IMG/VR virus record: IMGVR_UViG_3300044691_000253 | Location: 1-62,609 of that record | Direction: 5' to 3' (one strand) | Length of the DNA: 62,609 nucleotides | Source: a virus | Taxonomy: Duplodnaviria; Caudoviricetes | Shown: one piece after another, positions 55,872 through 62,609 of the stretch | How positions within the stretch are numbered: the first letter of the stretch is position 1 | How the letters are laid out: every line of letters begins with the position of its first letter | Notes under the pieces: model-generated | Told to the model about the DNA's origin: nothing | Database searches by the model: none | What the model saw: the letters and a program-made list of their open reading frames with translations, nothing else | Made by a program: the position numbers and the translations under genes

Positions 55872-56750
55872 ATGCTTGACCTGTCCCGTGTCACCCTTCT
55901 CTTCGTTGAAACCCGAGCCCACGAGATCACCAAGCGCGTCATTGACGACTGCCTGACCAAGGCGACGTTCGGAGACGTGCTGATCTATTCCGACAAGCCG
56001 GACTTGATCCCGGTCTCCGGCGCTCGCTACATCCAATGCCCCGACTTCGCGAACAAGAAGAAGGCCGGGGCCTTCTACTACGGCCGGGCGATGGAAGCGG
56101 TCGAGACCGACTTTGCGCTCATGCTCGAATGGGACGCGGGTATCTTCGACGAGACGAAGTGGCTCCCGGAATTTTTCGACTACGACTACATCGGCGCGCC
56201 GTGGGTCCGACCGCAAGACGACGGACACAACGTCGGCAACGGCGGCTTCACGCTGATGTCGAAGAAGCTCGGGCACTATGCCGTCGAGCACGTGCGCCAG
56301 TATCCCGTCTACACCGATTGGGACTTCTGTCGGTTTCAGCGGCCGAAGTACGAGGCCGCCGGGTTCAAGTGGCCCAACGCCGACCTCGCATCCTACTTCG
56401 CGTGGGAGCTTGGCACGCGCAACCCGGATCACTTCGGATACCACGGGGCGTTCAACTGGCCCGACGTGCTGCCCCGTGAAGAGATCGTCGAGCGCGCCAA
56501 GATCATGATCAAGAGCGACTACCTGACGCTCAAGATGCGCGACCTCTTTCGCACGGCTCCATGGCTTGATCGCGTGCTGACCGCCGAAGAGATGACGCGG
56601 TATCACGAGGTCGTTCCACACGGCTACACCTTGAGACCGACAATCCCCGGCGGGATGTCTCCGCAACAGCGCTCAGCACTCCTACTGATGCAGGCCCAGC
56701 GCCGCGGCGCGGTCATGCGACCCCAGCCCACCGAAGGATTGAAGGCATGA
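55872..56750 (+). CDS. DUF5672-like putative glycosyltransferase
   Basis: EWDAGI....W..EF.DYDYIGAPW...VGNGGF.L.S; FGYHG; ends GLKA. Confidence 0.75.
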   Translation: MLDLSRVTLLFVETRAHEITKRVIDDCLTKATFGDVLIYSDKPDLIPVSGARYIQCPDFANKKKAGAFYYGRAMEAVETDFALMLEWDAGIFDETKWLPEFFDYDYIGAPWVRPQDDGHNVGNGGFTLMSKKLGHYAVEHVRQYPVYTDWDFCRFQRPKYEAAGFKWPNADLASYFAWELGTRNPDHFGYHGAFNWPDVLPREEIVERAKIMIKSDYLTLKMRDLFRTAPWLDRVLTAEEMTRYHEVVPHGYTLRPTIPGGMSPQQRSALLLMQAQRRGAVMRPQPTEGLKA

Positions 56751-57682
56751 AACAGAATAGCTGCATCGTCGTGACCGGCGCGAACGGCCTCGCCGGGTCC
56801 GCCGTCGTCAAGCAATTCCGCAAGCGCGAGTTCACATGCGTCGTGCCGCTCACGCGCGAAGACGCCGACCTCATGCACGCCGAAGAGGTGATGGAGACCT
56901 TCGCCCGGATCAAGCCGGAGTATGTCTTCCATGCCGCTGCCACGGTCTATGGCTTACAGGGCAACATGGACAACCAATACAAATCGCTCTTCGAGAACAC
57001 GCTGATCAACACGAACGTCATTCACGCCTCGCGGCTCGTTGGCGTCAAGAAGATTGTCGCCATGGGGACGAACGCGGTCTATCCGTGGCCAGCGGCTTTG
57101 CCATATCGCGAGGCAACCATATTCGATGGCCCTCCGCATGACGGCGAGTTCGGCTACGCGCACGCGAAGCGCCACATGCTCGCGCTGCTCGAAGCTTCCG
57201 GCATGGACTACACCTATCTCGTGTCGGGCAACCTGTACGGCCCTCGCGACACGTTCGATCCGATCAGCGGGCACGTGCTGCCGTCGCTGATCCACAAATT
57301 CTATGAAGCCTCGATCAGCCCGGACGATGTCGTGTCCATCTGGGGTGATGGTTCGGCGAAGCGAGACTTCCTGTTTAGCGAGGACCTCGCGGACATCGTC
57401 GGCTGTGTGATGGGCAGCGACCTCACGGGCGCGATCAATATCGGCAGTGGCCAGACGGCAAGCATCGAATACGTCGCCAAGCGGCTATGCAGTGTCAGCG
57501 GCGTCGGCTATGACCGCGTGCATTACGACATCACCAAGCCGAAGGGGCGACCGGAATGCTACGCGGACCTCTCGAAGCTTCGCGGCCTCGGCTGGCGGCC
57601 CAGTGTCATGCTAGGAGATGGCTTGAAGGCCGCATATAACTGGTATGCGGCTGACCGGAACTCTCGCAAAATTTGTCCGTGA
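56747..57682 (+). CDS. GDP-L-fucose synthase (Fcl/WcaG)-like SDR lacking the epimerase Cys
   Basis: GANGLAG, YAHAK, NLYGP.D.F....HVLPSLI.KF, WGDGS..RDF; GTNAVYP replaces GSSCIYP. Confidence 0.85.
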   Translation: MKQNSCIVVTGANGLAGSAVVKQFRKREFTCVVPLTREDADLMHAEEVMETFARIKPEYVFHAAATVYGLQGNMDNQYKSLFENTLINTNVIHASRLVGVKKIVAMGTNAVYPWPAALPYREATIFDGPPHDGEFGYAHAKRHMLALLEASGMDYTYLVSGNLYGPRDTFDPISGHVLPSLIHKFYEASISPDDVVSIWGDGSAKRDFLFSEDLADIVGCVMGSDLTGAINIGSGQTASIEYVAKRLCSVSGVGYDRVHYDITKPKGRPECYADLSKLRGLGWRPSVMLGDGLKAAYNWYAADRNSRKICP

Positions 57683-57690
57683 CGAGCCCG

Positions 57691-57729
57691 TTAACCATAT
57701 TGACACACCGGTAAAATTCGCCTACACGT
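57691..57729 (+). promoter_or_regulatory. CtrA half-site plus sigma70-like promoter before the lysis region
   Basis: TTAACCAT directly before TTGACA-N17-TACACG. Confidence 0.45.
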
Positions 57730-57762
57730 GGGACGGAACCCTCCCCCACGAAAGGCGCACCC

Positions 57763-58074
57763 ATGTTCTCATTTCTCACTGACCTTGAAATCAACGTCGT
57801 CGTCGGCGTCGTCGCCCTCGCGTGTGGCGTAGTCTTCTCGACGAAAATCAAGGATTACTTCAAGGGCGTCCCGGCTCAGGCCCGCGCCGCGCTCAACAAC
57901 GTTGAGGCGAAAGCTCTCACCGATGTCAAGCAGGCTCAGGCCGACGCGCTCGCGAAAATCCCCGGCGCTGTCGCAGTGAAGGTCGCGCTCGCTCCCGCCG
58001 CTCAGCCGCTCGCGCCCGCCCCGGCTCCCGCGCCTGCCCCCGCCCCGGCTCCGGCCCCGGCTCCCGTCGCCTGA
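57763..58074 (+). CDS. membrane protein with (AP)n tail
   Basis: N-terminal TM, helical middle, APAPAPAP. Confidence 0.65.
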   Translation: MFSFLTDLEINVVVGVVALACGVVFSTKIKDYFKGVPAQARAALNNVEAKALTDVKQAQADALAKIPGAVAVKVALAPAAQPLAPAPAPAPAPAPAPAPAPVA

Positions 58075-58143
58075 TTTTTGTTACCGTTCGCCGACATCTT
58101 CTGATGTCGGCGAACATTTACATTCTGTCCCCGGAGGTTTCCT

Positions 58144-58983
58144 ATGGCCCTCAACACCTACGTCGCATTCACCGACCGCATGATCAAGAAGTACGAAGGC
58201 GGATACGGCTGGAACAGGAAGGACACTGGCGGTCCGACCAAGTACGGCATCACGTGCTTCGATCTCGCCGAGCATCGCGGCCAGAAGATGACCTCCATGG
58301 CGACGTGGGCTCCCATCGTGCAGGCGATGACCCTCGCCGAGGCCGAAGACATTTATCGCACCAAGTACGCGGCAGCCATCCGCTACAACGATCTCCCGGC
58401 GGGCGTCGATGTCGAGATGTACGACTACGGCGTCAACTCCGGCATCTCGCGGCCCATTCGTTCGGTGCGCGCCATCCTGTCCATCCCCGGCGGCGGCGTC
58501 ATGGATCAGCGGCTTCTCGACGCGATCAAGAAGGCCGACCCCGTCAAGCTCATCGAAGCCATCTCTGCCGAGCGGCTGCATTTCATGCACGCCATTCGCG
58601 GCGGCTCCGCGTGGGCGGAGTTCGGCGGCGGCTGGGGCGCGCGTGTAGCCGACCTCAAGGCCTATGCGCTGCATCTCGCCGCGGCCCCGGGCACTGTCGC
58701 TGAGCCGACCGCTCCCGATCTCACCAATGTCTCGCTGCCCAAGGCGAAGCACGGCGACCCGGAGATCGTCAACAAGACGGTCAAGGGCACCGTCGCCGCG
58801 GGCACCGCTTCCGGCACCGGCTCGCACTTCGCGGGCATGCCGCCGGAGTTGATCGCCATCCTCGTCGGCTTCGTCGTCGTCGGCGGCGTCGGCTACGTCC
58901 TGTATCACAAGCAGAAGGCGGCCAACGACAACGCGACCGTCGTCCTGCCCCCGGCGGTCGTCCCCGTCGCCCTTGCCGCGTAA
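58144..58983 (+). CDS. endolysin, glycoside hydrolase family 108, with C-terminal TM
   Basis: EGGY....D.GGPTKYGIT; DYGVNSG; FG.GW..RV; C-terminal hydrophobic helix. Confidence 0.9.
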   Translation: MALNTYVAFTDRMIKKYEGGYGWNRKDTGGPTKYGITCFDLAEHRGQKMTSMATWAPIVQAMTLAEAEDIYRTKYAAAIRYNDLPAGVDVEMYDYGVNSGISRPIRSVRAILSIPGGGVMDQRLLDAIKKADPVKLIEAISAERLHFMHAIRGGSAWAEFGGGWGARVADLKAYALHLAAAPGTVAEPTAPDLTNVSLPKAKHGDPEIVNKTVKGTVAAGTASGTGSHFAGMPPELIAILVGFVVVGGVGYVLYHKQKAANDNATVVLPPAVVPVALAA

Positions 58984-58992
58984 GGAAACATC

Positions 58993-59505
58993 ATGACCGA
59001 CGCCGACATCCATCAACTCGTGGTCTCCTATCTCTTCCCGGCGCTCGTGGTCTTCACGGGCGTCGTCGCGTATTTCTTCGGCATCCGGCCGACGCTCCGG
59101 AAGAACCCGGCCTTCTCGCATTTCTACGAGAACGAGGACACCGCGCTCAACGCCATCAGCGCGAAGCTGTCGGGCGTCAAGCAGAAGCTCACCACCGTCT
59201 TCCTGTCGGCCGCGGGCTTCCTTGTGTTGGCGCATGATCAGATTGCCCCGCTCGTCGCCCAGACCGGCGTGGACCCCACGCTGATCTTGCCGAAGGTGCC
59301 CATGTGGGTTTGGCCCTTGGTCTCCATCGGCGTCCTATGGCTTATCCAGTATTTCCGTGACCTCGCCGACAAGCAAGCCCGTGCGAACGCTGAGGCGCTG
59401 CTCAACGCCGGTCACTCGCTCGTGGCTCCGGCTCCGGGCCTCCCGGTCTCGACCTTGCCGTCGCCCAATCCCGTCCTCAATGCTTTCCCCGACAAGGTAG
59501 GTTGA
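58993..59505 (+). CDS. holin-like membrane protein (3 TM)
   Basis: Three hydrophobic segments, next to the endolysin gene. Confidence 0.6.
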   Translation: MTDADIHQLVVSYLFPALVVFTGVVAYFFGIRPTLRKNPAFSHFYENEDTALNAISAKLSGVKQKLTTVFLSAAGFLVLAHDQIAPLVAQTGVDPTLILPKVPMWVWPLVSIGVLWLIQYFRDLADKQARANAEALLNAGHSLVAPAPGLPVSTLPSPNPVLNAFPDKVG

Positions 59506-59507
59506 TC

Positions 59508-59960
59508 ATGGGTATCTTCTCTCTCATCATGGGCATCCCGGGCCTGATCTCCGGCGTGTTCGGCACCATCAACGGTCTCACCGCGGCGATCTCAAACCAG
59601 AAGATCGCGGTCATCAACGCCGCGACCGAGGAAGAGCGCATCCACGCCCAAGAGCGGGTCAACACGTTGCAGTCCCGGCGCGACGTGCTGATCGCCGAGG
59701 CCGGGTCCGGCTCCCGGATCAACCTGATCATGCGCTCGTGCTTCGCCGTGGCAGCCCTGATCGTCGTCATCAAGCTGTACGTCTGGGACAAGGTCATCGG
59801 CTCGCTCGTCGGCTGCTCACAGGCCGCGCACGGGACGTGTGGTGCATTCACCACCGACACCATCGACGACAATGGCTGGAAGATCATCACCATGGTCATG
59901 GGCTTCTACTTCATCTCTGAGGTGTCGCTCGGCGTCACGCGGATATGGAAATCGAAATGA
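59508..59960 (+). CDS. holin-like membrane protein
   Basis: TM segments, K..VWDKV.G, V.GFYF. Confidence 0.6.
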   Translation: MGIFSLIMGIPGLISGVFGTINGLTAAISNQKIAVINAATEEERIHAQERVNTLQSRRDVLIAEAGSGSRINLIMRSCFAVAALIVVIKLYVWDKVIGSLVGCSQAAHGTCGAFTTDTIDDNGWKIITMVMGFYFISEVSLGVTRIWKSK

Positions 59961-60202
59961 ACCTGATCGCGCTCACCGCCTGTTTCCTGTTCGTCTTCTG
60001 CCACGGTCCGCGTCATGCGTCCGTGGCGAAGTCGTCTCCGCCGGTCGTCGTCGGCCAGCAGGATGCCCGCGGCAAGAGTTGCGCGCAGATCACGAAAGAC
60101 TTCGACGGAAATCAGGATGACTGGGTCTCCAAATTTCCCGTAGCGCAGCAACACCGCGTGCTTGTGTGTCTTGGCAAGCTCGTGAAGCCGGGGGATCAAT
60201 AA
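59957..60202 (+). CDS. small secreted Cys-containing protein
   Basis: Hydrophobic N-terminus; ATGA overlap. Confidence 0.5.
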   Translation: MNLIALTACFLFVFCHGPRHASVAKSSPPVVVGQQDARGKSCAQITKDFDGNQDDWVSKFPVAQQHRVLVCLGKLVKPGDQ

Positions 60203-60412
60203 ATGAGTGGGCCGACCAACAACACCGACATCTTGCTGGGGCAACTGATCTCCGACACCAAGTCCAATGCGGAGCGGCTTGAGAAGATCGAGAAGAAGCT
60301 TGACGGCGTCGTCGCCATGACGAACCGCTGGAAAGGCGCGACAACCATCTTGATCCTGCTCGGCGGCCTCATCGGATGGGTCACCAACCTCCTGTTCAAG
60401 GGGCACGCCTGA
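60203..60412 (+). CDS. coiled coil plus C-terminal TM (XhlA-like)
   Basis: RLEKIEKKLD...RWKGA followed by TM. Confidence 0.6.
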   Translation: MSGPTNNTDILLGQLISDTKSNAERLEKIEKKLDGVVAMTNRWKGATTILILLGGLIGWVTNLLFKGHA

Positions 60413-60879
60413 TGGACGAGCCGAACACCACCAAAAGGTCTCTGGCCGTCGCGCTCAACATCGTATCTGGGGCGGCGCTGCTCGCGGCCTCGGCGTGGTT
60501 CGTGAACAACATGCTCACGGCTCGGGATGCCGAGCTTCCGCCGCGCGTCGTGAACAGCATCACAATTGAGCCGTCGATCCTGCTCGCGGGCAAGCCGTTC
60601 ACCGCCCACATCACCGTGACGCTCAACAAGCTGTGTCCCTATGAGGTCCATTGGTCTCTCGTGCGCGCAGGCGACGGCCTCGAAGTCGTCAAGATCATTG
60701 AGCCGATCAAGCAGCCGCCCCTTGCGCTCGGCTTGCAGGAACTCCCGCCTACGCTGCGGTATGTTCCGACGAGCGTCGCACCCGGGGAATATAAATACGT
60801 TTCCGAGGTGCTTGACCTCTGCGAAGGTGGGAAGACGTTCATCTCGGTTCGCAAAAATGCGGATGTCATCATCAGGTAA
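60412..60879 (+). CDS. membrane-anchored Ig-like periplasmic protein
   Basis: N-terminal TM; C...PGEYKY......C. Confidence 0.6.
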   Translation: MDEPNTTKRSLAVALNIVSGAALLAASAWFVNNMLTARDAELPPRVVNSITIEPSILLAGKPFTAHITVTLNKLCPYEVHWSLVRAGDGLEVVKIIEPIKQPPLALGLQELPPTLRYVPTSVAPGEYKYVSEVLDLCEGGKTFISVRKNADVIIR

Positions 60880-60941
60880 AAAGTGATTAGCCTCGCCACC
60901 GGTTTTGTGCTAAGTCATGGCTTCACCGGGAGTGGCACGCG

Positions 60942-61340
60942 ATGACGTTACTGCAACACGAAATCGACTTCATCGCCGAACGCATTCTCAGGCGTGTAGG
61001 CGAACACCTCAACGACACCATCCGAGAAACCATCAGAAGGGAAATGAAGCTCATGACCGAACAAGTCGTCACTGACCTCACTGCCGCCACCGACGCCATC
61101 GTGGCCGAGCTTGCGGTCCTCGTCGCGGACCTCCAGTCCGAGGCGAAAGCTCTCGCGGCTGCCATCGCCGGGTCCGCCGCTGCGACCGATCCGCTGATCG
61201 CGGCCCAGACCAAGCGCCTCGTGGATGGAACCACGGCTGCCAAGGCCGCTGTAGCGGTCCTCCAGCCGCCCGCCAGCCCGAGCCCTGCACCGGCCCCGGC
61301 TCCGGCCCCCGCCGCACCGGCAGCCCCGGCTACAGCCTGA
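60942..61340 (+). CDS. helical protein with (AP)n tail
   Basis: GGAG RBS; Ala-rich. Confidence 0.6.
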   Translation: MTLLQHEIDFIAERILRRVGEHLNDTIRETIRREMKLMTEQVVTDLTAATDAIVAELAVLVADLQSEAKALAAAIAGSAAATDPLIAAQTKRLVDGTTAAKAAVAVLQPPASPSPAPAPAPAPAAPAAPATA

Positions 61341-61358
61341 CGGCCCTATCTAAAAGCG

Positions 61359-61395
61359 AAAGGCCCCGGAGATCGCTCTCCGGGGCCTTTTCTTT
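61359..61395 (+). terminator. rho-independent terminator ending the late operon
   Basis: AAAGGCCCCGGAGA-TCGC-TCTCCGGGGCCTTT followed by TCTTT. Confidence 0.85.
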
Positions 61396-61654
61396 GTGCA
61401 GGGTCTCCTAAGAAGCTCCCTTTCCCTCAGAACGCCGCCCCGGTTCCCCGGGTTTAACCACGGCCTACCAGCCGCAGACGACGCTTGAGGGCTGGAGGGG
61501 AACCCCAACGGTCTTTCTATCCCTGCCTTTTGAAGCCGCCGAGGCGACTGCTCTCCTATAGAGCCCGTTCGTGCGAGAAGGCGTTTGTCCGGGCATCAAC
61601 CCGGGGACGCGAGCAGGGTTCTAGCCCGCGTCCCGGACGATGTCAAGCCCAGAC

Positions 61655-61688
61655 AAAAGAGAGGCCCCGGAAGGCATTCCGGGGCCTT
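61655..61688 (-). terminator. rho-independent terminator for the leftward operon
   Basis: AGGCCCCGGAA-GGCA-TTCCGGGGCCT with A-run on its left. Confidence 0.7.
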
Positions 61689-61764
61689 AGTTGGAGGTTA
61701 CCGCCCGTCGAAGGGGGGCCATCTAAGGGCGGCGCGGCGAAGGCTACCCTCGGCCCCTTACAAG

Positions 61765-62337
61765 TCAAGCCTCCAGTTCAAGCCCGGCGAACCGGCCTGA
61801 CACCCCTTGCGTCGCCCGGGACCTTGTCCGGTACGTCGCGAGCCGGGCGATCAAGGCTGCCCGGCGCTCGGGGTCGAGCGGCTTGCTCTTCCGGGGCGGC
61901 GCGAACCGGACCCGGTTGAGCTTCATCTCGCGCTTCAAGGCATCATGCGCCTCGCGGCCCATCATGCACAGGACGAGCCGGAGATAGATCGCGCAAAACT
62001 GCCAGCCATGGCCCGCGATCGTCAGCGAGTTATATTCCCGCTGGCAGATCACGTGCGCCAACTCGTGCAGGACGATGCCCTCGTTGCGAGCCCAGAGCGG
62101 AATTTTAATCCCGCCGTACCAGCCGCACGCTTTGCTTCTGCCTCGTCCGTCACTGACTGACGGCAGACCCGAACGCCACTGCATGGACTTCGGGAACGAT
62201 GCTTGCACGCGCCTCGACTTGAAGACCTTCGCCACGTAGCGCTCGACATCGATCACCTTCGGCAATGGCTTCGCCTTCATGATGACGACAGGGTCGCACT
62301 TGTAAAGGCGCGACCGTTGTGTGTCACGTTCTCTCAT
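61765..62337 (-). CDS. HEXXH metallopeptidase-like protein (TIGR04338/Rv0185-like) ending RFAGLELEA
   Basis: RD.QRSRLY, WAR....VLHELAH, GHG..F...YL.LV; GGAG RBS. Confidence 0.8.
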   Translation of the reverse strand: MRERDTQRSRLYKCDPVVIMKAKPLPKVIDVERYVAKVFKSRRVQASFPKSMQWRSGLPSVSDGRGRSKACGWYGGIKIPLWARNEGIVLHELAHVICQREYNSLTIAGHGWQFCAIYLRLVLCMMGREAHDALKREMKLNRVRFAPPRKSKPLDPERRAALIARLATYRTRSRATQGVSGRFAGLELEA

Positions 62338-62609
62338 TGTAGTCTCCACAATTTCAAACAGCCCGCGCCCGGGGATATTCCCGAGCACGTGTGAAGAGTA
62401 TAGCAAATCGACTTTTGCCAAATCGACGAATGATACGAAAAGTCGGATACGGCCCCGCTGTTACCAAGGGTTTCTATCACTGAAAAGATTTCCTTGACAC
62501 GGGAATTGCAGGGGCAGAGGTGCGCGGATCGGCGAGCGCGCATCCGCAGAGCCTATGGTTTCAGGCTAACGACTTTGTGATCAGCCGACACTTTCACTCC
62601 GCGCTCGAC

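Noticed and set aside
58144-58983. Novelty of a membrane-anchored GH108 endolysin
   Set aside because: C-terminal hydrophobic tails are common in GH108 lysins of alphaproteobacterial phages.
53978-59235. Long antisense ORFs such as 53978-54952, 55857-56666 and 58081-59235 (also 35730-36647 and 7615-8631)
   Set aside because: Shadow frames of well-supported genes in high-GC DNA, with no motifs or RBS.
57763-61340. Spanin assignment for the (AP)n-tailed proteins
   Set aside because: No convincing outer-membrane lipoprotein partner with a lipobox was identified, so they are left as hypothetical.

Overview
The window is a 62.6-kb piece of a GC-rich tailed (siphovirus-like) phage genome. The host is most likely an Alphaproteobacterium (Rhizobiales-type), inferred from a CtrA box, GCTACATC -10 elements and a Rhizobiales-like dif site. 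Layout: a leftward cluster of small genes (1-5963); a ~1-kb AT-rich non-coding region with four 23-bp palindromes, IHF-like sites and a dif-like XerCD site (5964-6960); many small early or accessory genes (7028-19511); a late cassette of small genes sharing an N-terminal MKD[AP][LK]GHGSN tag (19581-23286); terS, terL, portal, two putative ejected proteins (one ADP-ribosyltransferase-like), a truncated MuF, scaffold, repeat/propeller appendage genes and an SPP1-gp13-like capsid protein; neck and tail genes with a -1 frameshifted chaperone and tape measure; a glycosylation cassette (GT-like genes, gmd, an Fcl-like enzyme lacking the epimerase Cys); and lysis genes. No integrase, polymerase, tRNA or CRISPR array was recognised. 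The best candidate for an undescribed system is a peptide-tag addressing scheme: unrelated domains carry shared short terminal motifs (N-terminal MKDxxGHGSN and DPxEARxxxG; C-terminal RF[SA]GL[DE][IL], [IV][DE][DE]LM and GLKA), and each motif is confined to one functional class of genes. Family assignments come from motif recognition by eye, not database searches.
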